From: a virus
Reading direction: 5' to 3' (one strand)
Virus record (IMG/VR): IMGVR_UViG_3300021425_000006
DNA: 64,000 bases
Shown: positions 35,207 to 47,042 of the stretch, one piece after another
Layout: every line of letters begins with the position of its first letter
Position numbering within the stretch: the stretch's first letter is position 1
Translations under genes and position numbers: made by a program
Notes under the pieces: generated by a model
Database searches by the model: none
What the model saw: the letters and a program-made list of their open reading frames with translations, nothing else
Told to the model about the DNA's origin: nothing

Positions 35207-38200
35207 ATGGCACAACTCGGTAGAATTTCAGGACCAATATTAAAAGAAAACCTTTTACGTGAAGGTGTGGATATTGCTTTTGAAACAGACTTACTTTATA
35301 TTGATGTAAACAACGATAGGATTGGTGTTAGAACCAACTCGCCTTCCAACGACTTTCATGTCGATGGCACAATTAGAACAACTGATATAATAGTTGACAC
35401 ACTTGCTCAATTTGATGATGTATACATGCAACCTACTGGAAACATAGGAATCATGTTTGGAGATTTAAATTTTAATCCTACTAGAAGTGTTGTTGTTCCT
35501 GGTACATTAGAAACTGAAGATATACAAATATCAGACTACTACATTGCTACTAAAGATGCTAATCAAAATTTAGAATTACGTACAAATGGTGTCGGCACAG
35601 TTGAAACAAATGACTTACAAGTAAATGCTAATTTACATGCAACTGGTGACATTACAGCCGATGGTAATATTATACTAGGTAGTGATGATACAGATAATAT
35701 TACTTTTAATGCAGATGTAATTAGTAATATTATACCAGATCAAAACGATACATTTGACCTAGGCGAAACAAACAAAACATGGAATAACTTATACACTAAA
35801 TTTGTTAATGGTCAAGAAGTTGGTGTACAAGGAGCATTGATTGCAGGTGTTAATCCGTTCTTAGATGTAGGCAATAGTTACTATGTTACTAAAAATGGTG
35901 ACGATTCAAATTCAGGTTTACATACATACGAAGCATTTCTAACTCTTAAGTATGCTTGTTCTCAAGCATCGTCAGGCGATACTATTATTGTTTTTGCAGG
36001 AGAATACGAAGAAGCATTTCCAATAGAAGTTCCAGAAGGTGTTACTATTAAAGGTAACGACTTTAGAAATACAATTATTAAACCAACTGTTGCAACTAAC
36101 AATAATGACTGTTTCTTACTTAACGGTGAAACTTCAATACTACATCTTACAATTAAAGACTTTTATTACGACAGTATTAATAATGAAGGACATGCATTTA
36201 GATTTGCTAATAATGCAACGATCACTTCAAGAAGTCCGTATATACAAGATGTCACAGTAATTACAAAAGGCAGTGTTACAAGTGCAAGCGACCCTAGAGG
36301 ATTTAATCAAGGCGATGCAGGTAAAGGCGTTCTAGTAGATGGAGCAAGCGTATTAAACACAAGTGAAGAAGCAAGTATGTTGTTCCACAGTTGTACTTTT
36401 ATTACGCCAGGTGTTGATGCACTTACAATGACCAACGGGGTAAGAGTTGAATGGCTTAACTGTTTTACATATTTTGCCAACAGAGGGTTATATGCCGTTA
36501 ACGGTGTAACAGGACATCTAAGTACAGACGGAAGCACACTCAAATATGGCGGTGAGTTACGCTCAATTGGCAGTGCAAACATTTATGGTAATTATGGTGC
36601 TGTAGCAGACGGTGCTGATTCTTTAATGTATCTAATACAACACAACTTTGGATACATTGGAGCAGGCAAAGACGTAACTAATGATACAGGACTTGCACTT
36701 CAAAGTCAAGAAGTAAACGAATCAAATTCAGGTAAAATATATTATAGTTCAACTGACCACTTAGGTAACTTTAGGGTTGGAGATTCTTTCTTTGTTGATT
36801 TTGAAAATGGTAATACTACAGTTGACCTAGATAGTTTAACAGCAAACGCATTAAGAGGATTGACTATTACAACTAATGGTGATTCTACTATAATTGCAGG
36901 AACATCAGTTAGTACAGGTAATTTAAGATTTTTAGGAAATGATATTACGTCCTTCCAAGGACCAATTAATGTTTCTGCTAGTTCAGGTACAATTAACTTA
37001 ACTAATAACACTTCAGTTGACAACGATTTAGATGTTACTGGAAATTTAAGTTTCGGCGGAACATTAAATGTATTAGGTAATGAAGGTGCAGACACATTAG
37101 ACTTTAATGTAGATTTTGATCAAGACTTTGAGCCACATACAACTGGAAACTTTGATTTAGGTAAATCAAACAAACTTTGGAATACAGTATTTTCGTCAAA
37201 AGCTGATATCCAAAATATTACAATACAAGATAATTTTATTACTACAGTTGATTCAAACACCTCCTTAGAGCTACGAGCAAACAGCACAGGCAATGTTTTA
37301 GTTAGTGGTAATAATGTACAAGTAAACAACGATCTTGCTGTTAGCGGGCTTACAACGCTGTCTAACACGGGGATTACAGGCACATTAACACATACAGGAA
37401 ATTATGTACAAACAGGCGATGCTTCAGTTACTAACTCAACAGTAACAGGGTATATTGATGTAAGTGGATCAGCACAGTTTGAAGAAATATTAATCGATGA
37501 TAACTTCATTACAACTACTACATCAAATACTGATTTAGAGTTACGTGCAAATGGCACAGGCGAAGTACTAATACCAAATAACAATGTTACTATAACTAAT
37601 AACTTAACTGTAACTAATGATATTAATAATACCGGTAATGTTGATGTAACTACTACTACTGAATTTAATACTGCCATTATTAATGACATTACTATAGTTG
37701 GTAATGAAATTAAAACTAATAACGGAAATAGAGATTTAGAATTCCGTGCTGCCGGCGGCAACTCAAACTATAAAGTAAGACTACTCGATGATGTTGAAAT
37801 GGGTCAAGCATTAACTGTTGATACATTACTAGATGTAAACAATACAACTGTTAACGGAACTATTACGCACACTGGCGATAGAACTCAGACAGGAAATTAT
37901 ACATTATCTGGAGAACTACTTACTCCTGAAATACGTATTGAAGACAACTTTATTACAACTACTAATTCAAATGCAGATCTTGAATTAAGAACACATCCAG
38001 CAGAAATAATAGTAGCAGGTGCTGAAAGATGGGGACAGGCTGTTAATAATAATAGTATTAGACATTCGTCGGCCCGATTTGGTTATGACGGAGTTAATAC
38101 TAACGGAATCTACGAAAGCCCAGTTGCTAATCTAGTAGTAGGACAAGAATATTATATAAGATATAAAGGCGCAAATAATGCTATTATAAGTGTTCCAAGA

Positions 38201-41200
38201 ACATATAGAGGTTATGCACCTAGCATATCAGGTCTTACTGTTCAGGATTTTTGGATTGAGAATACTAACTCTGGATCATTTAGTCCAAACGACTTTACGT
38301 TGTTAATTGGCTGGGGAACAGGAGGAACACAATTCAACGGTGGTGAAAACCCTACTGGGTGGTACGGCACTAATGGTAGTAACTTTCTTCCTACAACAGA
38401 CAAGTCAGTACAGTTTATACCTGTTGTAGATTACTCAGGCAACATTACAGTAACAGGTAATGATGTAGTAATTACAAACGACTTAACAGTTAGCACAGAC
38501 ACCGACATTGATGATGTTACATTAACAGGCTTACTAACTGTAAACAGTCCTTATAATCAAACCGGAACCACTGCCATTTCAGGACAAGTAGCACTTAATA
38601 ATACAATATTATTAGATTCTAATATAGTATCAGTTACAGCAACAGATACTGATTTAGATCTACGTGCAAATGGCACAGGTGAAGTAACAATGCCATTTAA
38701 CGATGTTGAATTTAGACAAGATTTAACAGTAAATGGTACAACAACACTTAATGGATCATATATTATAAACGGTGAAATGACCCATGTTGGCGATATTAAT
38801 CAACAAGGTAATTTCTATCTCAGTGGCGAACTTATTAGTGACGAATTAAAAATTGAAGACAACTTCATTACAACTGTTACATCAAACAGTGATTTAGAAC
38901 TACGTGCAAGCGGCGCCGGCAATGTTACTATACAAGGTAACGATGTAACACTTGGTCAAGATTTAACAGTAAGTGGTTTAACAACATTATATCCAACTTC
39001 AATAACAGGATTATTAACACATACCGGAACAAGAACACAAGTAGGTGATTATTCTATTTCTGGAGAGTTTAATCTTAACGATATAAAAATTGAAGACAAT
39101 TTTATCACAACTACAACATTAAATAGTAATTTAGAATTACGTTCTGCTTCAGATCCAATTACAGTTAATGATAATTTACAAATACCAAATAATTTAACTA
39201 TTAACGGAACTAGCACATTAGCAAATACTAATATTGACGGATTGCTTACTCTTAACGGAACATGGAATCAAACAGGTAATAGTAGTATTACTGGTAATGT
39301 AGATGTTGATGATTTTAGAATAAGCGGATCGACTATTGAAACAACAACTTCGTCAGCAGACTTAGAACTGTTAGCAAATGGCTCTGGGCTAGTTAAATTT
39401 GGTCCTAATGATGTTGACTTTGATCAAGATTTAACAGTTAACGGAACAACAACAATAGGATTGTTCCCTGCATTTTCATATGTAAATATTAATGGCACAC
39501 TAACCCATGTTGGAAATACTACACAAACTGGTAATAAACAAGTAACAGGTAATGTCACAGTAACACAAGACATAGATGTAAGTTCACAAGCACAGTTTGA
39601 AGAAATACTTGTTGACGGAAATAGTATAACAACTACTACAACAAATAGTGATTTAGAACTACGTGCAAATGGTACTGGTGATGTTATTTCTCAAAATCAA
39701 ATGACAGTTAGTAATGATGTAAGTGTTGCAAGTATTACAACTGGAGATATAAATGTTACACAAGATATTAATTTAGATGATATTGTTGTAAACAGTAACA
39801 ACATACAAATTAATGACAACTACATTGAAACTACAATATCAAACAGTAATTTAGAGTTAAGAGCAGAACCAAATGGTTCAGTTAATATTCAAACTGATTT
39901 AATTATTACAAATAATAATTTAACTGTTAATGGTCAAACAACTTTAGCAGATACTAATATTACAGGAGTACTAACACGTACAGGTAATACTAATCAAACT
40001 GGTGATGCTGTTATAAATGGTAATGTAATATTAGGATCAGATTTAGAAATTAATGCTAAAGTTGCGTTTGAAGAAATTGTAATTGATGATAATATTATTA
40101 CAACTACGTCATCAAATGCAAACTTAGAACTCCGAGCAGCCGGTACTGGTATGGTTTTAATACCAAATAACAGTGCTAGTATAACAAACAATTTATCAGT
40201 AGGAACACTCAACTCAGATAACATAATAATTAACAATACGTTTGCATTAGAGAATATGGTTAGTAGTACAGATATAGACATATTTGATAATGTTATTACA
40301 ACTACTAATTCAAGCAGCGATCTTGAACTACGTGCAAACGGTACTGGTTCTATCTACTTACAAGATTTAGAATTTAATACTAATATCATACAAACAGAAA
40401 GTAGTGATATTGTACTCCAACCAAGTAGTGAACTAATTATTAATAGTACTGGATCATTACAAATTCCAATTGGAACAGCTAGTGAGATAATACTTGCAGG
40501 AACAGGATCAATTGACGGTGGAACAGCAAGTGTTACTGGATTAATAGTTGACGGTGGAACGGCATCAACTGTATTTACAGGCAGTGACCCAGTATATAAT
40601 GCCGCTGGAGCTGCATCAGGCGGTTCTAACTTAGGCGAAATTGGAACATTACGTTATAACTCAACAGATAATGCGTATGAAGGATTTGCTCAATCAGTAT
40701 TAACATTTGGTTCAGTATCGTCAGACGACAGAAAAACTAAATTAACAGTACATCCAACAAACAACACTATATCTTTCATTGTAAATAATACTACAGTTGG
40801 TACAGTTAGTTCAACAGGAATAGATATACATGGTTTACAAGTTGACGATATTAGTATTCAAGATACGACAATATCTACAAACAACACCAATGCAGATCTT
40901 GATTTAGTTGCAACTGGCACAGGCAAGGTATTACTAGAAAATGTAGCAGTTGATTACGGACTTATGGATATTGATACCATAGGCGGCACCGGAACACATA
41001 CTGTAGTATTCCCAGGCAACCATGCTGTTAAATTTCCATCAGGAACAACAGCACAACGACCAGTAAACCCAGTTTTAGGACAGACACGCCATAACAGCAC
41101 AACTAATGAATTAGAAACTTGGATCGGAACTAAGTGGCAAAATTCCGCAGGTGAGTTTGATGCAATTACTGCTCAAGAAATGGAAGACGAAGCACTAATT

Positions 41201-41221
41201 CAGACTCTTATATACGGCTAA
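35207..41221 (+). CDS. Giant repetitive virion/fibre protein (2004 aa)
   Basis: Many ITTTTSN.DLELRANGTG repeats; pectate-lyase-like beta-helix start YYVTKNGDD; paralog of the 41370 gene. Confidence 0.8.
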   Translation: MAQLGRISGPILKENLLREGVDIAFETDLLYIDVNNDRIGVRTNSPSNDFHVDGTIRTTDIIVDTLAQFDDVYMQPTGNIGIMFGDLNFNPTRSVVVPGTLETEDIQISDYYIATKDANQNLELRTNGVGTVETNDLQVNANLHATGDITADGNIILGSDDTDNITFNADVISNIIPDQNDTFDLGETNKTWNNLYTKFVNGQEVGVQGALIAGVNPFLDVGNSYYVTKNGDDSNSGLHTYEAFLTLKYACSQASSGDTIIVFAGEYEEAFPIEVPEGVTIKGNDFRNTIIKPTVATNNNDCFLLNGETSILHLTIKDFYYDSINNEGHAFRFANNATITSRSPYIQDVTVITKGSVTSASDPRGFNQGDAGKGVLVDGASVLNTSEEASMLFHSCTFITPGVDALTMTNGVRVEWLNCFTYFANRGLYAVNGVTGHLSTDGSTLKYGGELRSIGSANIYGNYGAVADGADSLMYLIQHNFGYIGAGKDVTNDTGLALQSQEVNESNSGKIYYSSTDHLGNFRVGDSFFVDFENGNTTVDLDSLTANALRGLTITTNGDSTIIAGTSVSTGNLRFLGNDITSFQGPINVSASSGTINLTNNTSVDNDLDVTGNLSFGGTLNVLGNEGADTLDFNVDFDQDFEPHTTGNFDLGKSNKLWNTVFSSKADIQNITIQDNFITTVDSNTSLELRANSTGNVLVSGNNVQVNNDLAVSGLTTLSNTGITGTLTHTGNYVQTGDASVTNSTVTGYIDVSGSAQFEEILIDDNFITTTTSNTDLELRANGTGEVLIPNNNVTITNNLTVTNDINNTGNVDVTTTTEFNTAIINDITIVGNEIKTNNGNRDLEFRAAGGNSNYKVRLLDDVEMGQALTVDTLLDVNNTTVNGTITHTGDRTQTGNYTLSGELLTPEIRIEDNFITTTNSNADLELRTHPAEIIVAGAERWGQAVNNNSIRHSSARFGYDGVNTNGIYESPVANLVVGQEYYIRYKGANNAIISVPRTYRGYAPSISGLTVQDFWIENTNSGSFSPNDFTLLIGWGTGGTQFNGGENPTGWYGTNGSNFLPTTDKSVQFIPVVDYSGNITVTGNDVVITNDLTVSTDTDIDDVTLTGLLTVNSPYNQTGTTAISGQVALNNTILLDSNIVSVTATDTDLDLRANGTGEVTMPFNDVEFRQDLTVNGTTTLNGSYIINGEMTHVGDINQQGNFYLSGELISDELKIEDNFITTVTSNSDLELRASGAGNVTIQGNDVTLGQDLTVSGLTTLYPTSITGLLTHTGTRTQVGDYSISGEFNLNDIKIEDNFITTTTLNSNLELRSASDPITVNDNLQIPNNLTINGTSTLANTNIDGLLTLNGTWNQTGNSSITGNVDVDDFRISGSTIETTTSSADLELLANGSGLVKFGPNDVDFDQDLTVNGTTTIGLFPAFSYVNINGTLTHVGNTTQTGNKQVTGNVTVTQDIDVSSQAQFEEILVDGNSITTTTTNSDLELRANGTGDVISQNQMTVSNDVSVASITTGDINVTQDINLDDIVVNSNNIQINDNYIETTISNSNLELRAEPNGSVNIQTDLIITNNNLTVNGQTTLADTNITGVLTRTGNTNQTGDAVINGNVILGSDLEINAKVAFEEIVIDDNIITTTSSNANLELRAAGTGMVLIPNNSASITNNLSVGTLNSDNIIINNTFALENMVSSTDIDIFDNVITTTNSSSDLELRANGTGSIYLQDLEFNTNIIQTESSDIVLQPSSELIINSTGSLQIPIGTASEIILAGTGSIDGGTASVTGLIVDGGTASTVFTGSDPVYNAAGAASGGSNLGEIGTLRYNSTDNAYEGFAQSVLTFGSVSSDDRKTKLTVHPTNNTISFIVNNTTVGTVSSTGIDIHGLQVDDISIQDTTISTNNTNADLDLVATGTGKVLLENVAVDYGLMDIDTIGGTGTHTVVFPGNHAVKFPSGTTAQRPVNPVLGQTRHNSTTNELETWIGTKWQNSAGEFDAITAQEMEDEALIQTLIYG

Positions 41222-41256
41222 CTCCTACCTTTTTAACTTAATCGATAAATACTATT

Positions 41257-41366
41257 AATGCAGTGCAGCGACCAATTGTATTGCAGACAACAAACTGTGG
41301 TTAGCCAGCAAAGATCTTTCGAGATGAAAATTAGGCTAGAGGGACAGGATCCCCGTTAAAGGAGAA
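41257..41366 (+). promoter_or_regulatory. Structured 5' leader with possible pseudoknot
   Basis: 10-bp G-U-rich stem 41259-68/41276-85, ATCT-TTCG-AGAT hairpin, TAGCC/GGCTA, GGGA/TCCC just before the SD; follows TAAATA (41246-51). Confidence 0.5.
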
Positions 41367-41369
41367 AAG

Positions 41370-44300
41370 ATGGCTGTAGGTCGCATATCGGGTCCGCTTT
41401 TGAAGTCCAATCTCATACGTAATGGTGTGGATTTGGCCTTTGAGACAGACTTATTATATCTAGATGTTAATAATCAGCGTATCGGTATTAGAACCGCGTC
41501 ACCAACCCACGATTTCACTGTTAACGGAACCACAAAAACAACCAATTTACAAGTCGACACACTAGCCACAATAGGTGATATATCTATTAGTGGACGCACT
41601 ATTGAAACAGATGGCGACTTAACTCTAGTCACAGTCGGCACAGACGCTGTTGTTTACCAAACACGTTTAGAAGTAAACGGAGTAGGTATTGACGACAATA
41701 CAATTAGCACACTTAATTCAAATGCAAACTTAGAACTTCGTCCTAACGGAACAGGAAAAGTTGAGATATTTGCTGATACTAATGTTACTGGCAATATTCA
41801 TGCAACTGGAAATATTACAGCAGACGGCAACATTGTTTTAGGTAATGCAGACACAGATAGTATTAATTTTAATGCAGACGTAAACAGTAACATTATTCCA
41901 GACCAAAATGAAATTTATGATTTAGGATCTGACACTAAACGCTGGCGCGATGTTAAAGTAAAAAATCTTATTGCAGAAACAGTTGATACCGGTGACTTAA
42001 TAATCCAAGGTGTTGATTTAAGTACTAGACCCGGAAATACATTTTATGTTTCAACTAATGGTAGTAATACAGCAACTGGTACACATCAACAAGATCCGTT
42101 TTTAACACTTGATCATGCAGTAACTGTTGCAGCAGCTGGTGATACTATTCACATATATCCAGGAACATATGAAGAAACGTTTCCTATAGAAGTTCCTGCA
42201 GGCGTAACTATTAAAGGTGAAAATTTACGTTCAGTATTTTTACATCCACCAAGTTCAAATAACTCGCAGGACTGTTTTTTACTAAACGGCGAAACTACAA
42301 TACAAGATTTAACAATTGGTAATTTCTATTACGATTCCGGAAACAATACTGGACACGCATTTAGATTTGCACCAAATATGAATGTTACTTCAAGAAGTCC
42401 TTACATTAAAAACGTAACAGTAATAACTAAAGGCTCAGTAACTACAACAGAAGATCCAAGAGGATTTAATGAAGGCGATGCTGGTCGTGGTGGTTACTTT
42501 GATGGAAGTGTAGTTAATGCAAGTTCTAAAGAAGCAAGTATTTTATTCCATGCAGCAACATTTATTACACCGGGTGTTGATGCTATATTAGCAACTAATG
42601 GTACTAGAATGGAGTGGTTAAACTCCTTTACATATTTTGCTAATCGTTCAGTATATGCATTTGATAGTAATCAAGGATTGTACAATGATGGTAAAACACG
42701 AGTACGTTTAGGAGGCATAAGCGGAACGTTTGCTGTAGGTAATACAGTTACATTTACTTCAACAGATAATTCAAGTGTAGCAAATGCAACTATTGAAAGT
42801 ATCGAAGGAGATACTATTGTAGTTGATGGCAAGTTTACAGGACTACAAGGATTTGACACAACACCTGCAAGTATATCAAACGGCGCAGGCGCAACAGCAA
42901 CAAGTATTGAAAATTATGATCTAAAAGACTTTGGTGCAGAAATACGCATGATTGGCAGTGCTAGTGTTTATGGTAACTATGGATTATACGGTGATGGGCC
43001 TGGTGTTATTGTTTATGCTATTGGACATAATCTAGCATACATTGGTAATGGTAAAGAAGTTACTAATGACCCAGGAACAGTTATACAAGATAATGAAGTT
43101 ACAGAACTTAATGATGCTAAAATTAGATACAACTCAGTTGACCATGAAGGTGACTTTAGAGTTGGTGATTTATTCTTTGTTGATCAGCAAACAGGTACAG
43201 TAGACTTTACAGTTTCCGACTTTACTATTAATACAACTAATGGTGTTTCATTTATAGACGGCGGCGGCACAACTTTTGTTGACGGAAGTAAAATTGAAAC
43301 AGGAAACTTTAGAATTAGTGGCAACACTATAGAATCGCTAACTGGTGCAGTTAACTTAACAGCAAGTAACAATCAAATTAATTTAAATGACAATGTTAAT
43401 ATTACTGGTAACTTAGATGTAACTGGTAATGTTACTATTGGCGGAAATATTACTATTGGTGACGATGCAAATGACACTATTCAAATTGTTGCAGGCATTG
43501 ATAGTGATATTGTTCCTAGTGCAACTAGCACATATAATTTAGGTACAGACTCAAAACGTTGGAACAACATAAATGTTAACAGAGCTGTTATCGACGATAT
43601 TACAATTGAAACAAACTTCATTACAACTACAACTAGTAATGCAGATTTAGAATTACGAGCAAGTGGTACAGGCGAAATATTAGTACCAGACAATAACGTA
43701 CAAATTAATAATAACTTAACTGTTGACGGAACTACTACACTACAAGATACAAATATTACTGGCACACTTACCCATGTTGGTAATTTAACACATACTGGTG
43801 ATTCAAGTGTTGATGGTAACTTAACTGTAACAGGAAAACTAGACGTAACACAGTACGCACAGTTTGAAGAAATACTAATTGACGATAACTTTATCACAAC
43901 TACAACTAGTAACGCAAACTTAGAACTACGTGCAAACGGCACAGGTGAAGTAATAGTACCAAGTGCTAATGTTACAATTTCAAATGACTTAACTGTTGAT
44001 AACGATATTGATGCTAATAATTTAACCACTACAGGAACGGTTACTTCAGACGCATTTACTACTGGTCAATTAAATATTAATAATTTTGTTATTCAAACTG
44101 TAAGTAGTAATGATTTAGAATTAAGTGCTGATGGATCTGGAGTAATTAAAATTGCCTCCAATGATGTTGATATTACAGGCACACTTGATGTCACTGGATT
44201 AACAACTACAGCAGACTTGACTGTAAACGGAACACTAACACATACTGGTGATGTTTCTCATACAGGCAATTACGATATTACTGGAACTTGGTCTAACCAA

Positions 44301-47036
44301 GAGATAAGAATTATTGGTAATGTAGTCGAAACAACTACTACAAATACAGATTTAGAATTACGTGCAAGCGGAAGTGGCGATGTATTAATACCAAATGACG
44401 ATGTTATTTTATCACAAGATTTAACTGTAAATGGTTCAACAGATCTACAAGCAACAACAATAAACGGCACAGTTACACATACTGGCGATCACACACAAAC
44501 TGGTAATTTAACAATTACAGGAATTCTTGAAGTTGACGATATTGAAATTAATGGTAACACTATTCAAGCAGCTTCTAATGATACAGATTTACAATTAACT
44601 GCAAACGGCACTGGCGAAATAGTAGTTCCAACTAGTGATGTAGTAATTACTAATAATTTAACAGTTAACGGAACTACTACACTACAAGATACAAGTGTTA
44701 CAGGAACACTTACACACGTTGGTGATAGAAATCATACTGGAAACTTTAATATTGGCGGCACTTTCTCAAACGGAGAAATACAGATTGATGATAACTTTAT
44801 CACAACTACTACATCAAATAGTGATTTAGAATTACGTGCAAGTGGAACTGGAGAAGTTACTGTACAAGGAAATGATGTAGTATTTGGTCAAGCACTAACA
44901 GTAAATGGTTCAACAGATCTACAAGCAACAACAATTACAGGAACTATAACACACACTGGGTCAGTAACACAAGTAGGCGACATAAATTTAACAGGTAATT
45001 TTGATAACGGAAACGTTAGAATTACAGGAAATATAATTGAAACTACAGACAGTAATGCAGATTTAGAACTACGTGCAAATGGATCAGGTGAAGTATTAAT
45101 ACCAAATAATGATCTTCAAGTTACTGGAACACTTGATGTTGACCAATTAACTACACTCGACGATACAAATATTACAGGTGTAATAACTCACGTAGGCAAT
45201 TCAACTATTACTGGTAATTACGATATTACTGGACAATTAGATGTTAATGATATAAGTTTTGATACAAATAGAATCTTTACAAATACATTAGATACAGATC
45301 TTATATTACAAGCAAATAATACTGGTAAAGTAATAGTTCCAAATAATGATGTAGAGATCGAAGAAAATTTAACTGTTGGCGTTGGTGCTACTTTACAAGA
45401 TACAAATATTACAGGCACAATTACACATGCAGGTAATTATACGCAAACTGGTAATTCAAATATTGACGGCAATCTCACAGTAACTCAAGATTTAGATGTT
45501 ACAGGTTCTGCACAATTTGAAGAAATACTAATTGATGATAACTTTATCACAACTACAACTAGTAACGCAGATCTAGAGCTACGTGCAAATGGTACTGGAG
45601 AAGTATTAATACCAGATGCTGATTTAAGAATTAATAATGACTTAATAGTTACTGGAACAATCACAACTGGAGATATTAATAGTGCTGGTACAATTACAGC
45701 AAATAGATTTAGTACCGGAGATATATTAATCGATGATAACTTTATCACAACTACTACGTCAAATAGTGATTTAGAATTACGTGCAAACGGCACAGGTGAA
45801 GTAATAGTACCAAGCAATAATGTTGAAATTACTGGTGACACTACAGTTGGCGGCACAACAGACTTACAGGGCGACACTAGTATTACAGGCACAGTTACAC
45901 ATATTGGTAACTTGTCACAAACTGGAAACTTTAATATTAATGGAAGTTTAACTGTTACTGGTGACTTAGATGTTTCTGGAGCATTCCAATTTGAAGAAAT
46001 ATTAATTGATGATAATATTATTACAACTACATCATCAAACGCAAATTTAGAACTTCAAGCAGCTGGTACTGGTGAAGTAATAGTACCAAACAATGATGTT
46101 GATATTACAAATAATCTAACAGTGGGCGGATCATTAACAGTTGGTGATGTTGTAAGTACAGGAACTATACAAGCAAATAACTTTACTACTGGTGACATAT
46201 TAATTGACGATAACTTTATTACAACTACAACATCAAATAGTGATTTAGAATTGCGTACTAGTGGTACAGGGAGCATTGTACTAGATGATATTAATGTAAT
46301 AGATGCAACAATATCTAGTACTTCGAACATAACTTTAACTCCAAACACTGAATTAGTTATAATTGATGCAACTGGTGCTGTTCAACTACCAAAGGGCGAC
46401 ACAAGTCAACGTCCAACTGGAGTAACAGGCCAGATAAGATATAATACAGAAATTGAAAGATACGAAGGGTATACTCCAAATGGATGGATCAAGTTAAATG
46501 GTGTTGAAGACCAAGACGGAGACACTAATGTAACAGCAGAGTTATCCCCAGGCTCAAATGATAATATTATTAGATTTAATGTTGCAGGAAGTACTATAGC
46601 AAGTGTTGATAGCACAAAATTAGATGCTAATTTAATAACCGTAGATGACATCCAACTTGATGGAAATGTGATAAGTACTATTACTAATAATACTGATCTA
46701 CAACTAACAGGCAACGGCACAGGCGGCATCAACATTGAAAACTTTAAGTTTACTGGTAATACATTAACTAACGTTACACCAAATGGTGTAACAACTATTA
46801 CAAGTACAAATCAAGGATATGTTGATTTTTCAGACCCATATGGGGTTGTTATACCGGTAGGTAATAACACAGAAAGGCCTACAGGGGTTACAGGAATGAT
46901 AAGATTTAATACCGAAGATCTTAGAGTTGAAATGTATGACGGAAGTAATTGGATATCGGTAGCAGGTGCATCAGGTGGTATTAGTTATGCGGATGCAGAA
47001 GACATAGCAATAGAAAAAGTATTAATATTTGGATAA
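41370..47036 (+). CDS. Giant repetitive virion/fibre protein (1888 aa), paralog of 35207 gene
   Basis: MAVGRISGPLLK.NL.R.GVD.AFETDLLY N-terminus shared with the 35207 gene; same DLELRA.G.G repeats. Confidence 0.8.
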   Translation: MAVGRISGPLLKSNLIRNGVDLAFETDLLYLDVNNQRIGIRTASPTHDFTVNGTTKTTNLQVDTLATIGDISISGRTIETDGDLTLVTVGTDAVVYQTRLEVNGVGIDDNTISTLNSNANLELRPNGTGKVEIFADTNVTGNIHATGNITADGNIVLGNADTDSINFNADVNSNIIPDQNEIYDLGSDTKRWRDVKVKNLIAETVDTGDLIIQGVDLSTRPGNTFYVSTNGSNTATGTHQQDPFLTLDHAVTVAAAGDTIHIYPGTYEETFPIEVPAGVTIKGENLRSVFLHPPSSNNSQDCFLLNGETTIQDLTIGNFYYDSGNNTGHAFRFAPNMNVTSRSPYIKNVTVITKGSVTTTEDPRGFNEGDAGRGGYFDGSVVNASSKEASILFHAATFITPGVDAILATNGTRMEWLNSFTYFANRSVYAFDSNQGLYNDGKTRVRLGGISGTFAVGNTVTFTSTDNSSVANATIESIEGDTIVVDGKFTGLQGFDTTPASISNGAGATATSIENYDLKDFGAEIRMIGSASVYGNYGLYGDGPGVIVYAIGHNLAYIGNGKEVTNDPGTVIQDNEVTELNDAKIRYNSVDHEGDFRVGDLFFVDQQTGTVDFTVSDFTINTTNGVSFIDGGGTTFVDGSKIETGNFRISGNTIESLTGAVNLTASNNQINLNDNVNITGNLDVTGNVTIGGNITIGDDANDTIQIVAGIDSDIVPSATSTYNLGTDSKRWNNINVNRAVIDDITIETNFITTTTSNADLELRASGTGEILVPDNNVQINNNLTVDGTTTLQDTNITGTLTHVGNLTHTGDSSVDGNLTVTGKLDVTQYAQFEEILIDDNFITTTTSNANLELRANGTGEVIVPSANVTISNDLTVDNDIDANNLTTTGTVTSDAFTTGQLNINNFVIQTVSSNDLELSADGSGVIKIASNDVDITGTLDVTGLTTTADLTVNGTLTHTGDVSHTGNYDITGTWSNQEIRIIGNVVETTTTNTDLELRASGSGDVLIPNDDVILSQDLTVNGSTDLQATTINGTVTHTGDHTQTGNLTITGILEVDDIEINGNTIQAASNDTDLQLTANGTGEIVVPTSDVVITNNLTVNGTTTLQDTSVTGTLTHVGDRNHTGNFNIGGTFSNGEIQIDDNFITTTTSNSDLELRASGTGEVTVQGNDVVFGQALTVNGSTDLQATTITGTITHTGSVTQVGDINLTGNFDNGNVRITGNIIETTDSNADLELRANGSGEVLIPNNDLQVTGTLDVDQLTTLDDTNITGVITHVGNSTITGNYDITGQLDVNDISFDTNRIFTNTLDTDLILQANNTGKVIVPNNDVEIEENLTVGVGATLQDTNITGTITHAGNYTQTGNSNIDGNLTVTQDLDVTGSAQFEEILIDDNFITTTTSNADLELRANGTGEVLIPDADLRINNDLIVTGTITTGDINSAGTITANRFSTGDILIDDNFITTTTSNSDLELRANGTGEVIVPSNNVEITGDTTVGGTTDLQGDTSITGTVTHIGNLSQTGNFNINGSLTVTGDLDVSGAFQFEEILIDDNIITTTSSNANLELQAAGTGEVIVPNNDVDITNNLTVGGSLTVGDVVSTGTIQANNFTTGDILIDDNFITTTTSNSDLELRTSGTGSIVLDDINVIDATISSTSNITLTPNTELVIIDATGAVQLPKGDTSQRPTGVTGQIRYNTEIERYEGYTPNGWIKLNGVEDQDGDTNVTAELSPGSNDNIIRFNVAGSTIASVDSTKLDANLITVDDIQLDGNVISTITNNTDLQLTGNGTGGINIENFKFTGNTLTNVTPNGVTTITSTNQGYVDFSDPYGVVIPVGNNTERPTGVTGMIRFNTEDLRVEMYDGSNWISVAGASGGISYADAEDIAIEKVLIFG

Positions 47037-47042
47037 AAGAGA

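Noticed and set aside
41288-41313. CAAAC...GCAAAG resemblance to a c-di-GMP-I riboswitch
   Set aside because: Lacks the GNRA tetraloop/receptor and P1 architecture; kept only as an unassigned structured leader.
35207-47036. Recurrent GATTTAGAA(T/C)TACGTGCAA repeats as a CRISPR or DGR array
   Set aside because: They are in-frame protein repeats (DLELRA) with synonymous variation; no cas or reverse transcriptase gene in the window.
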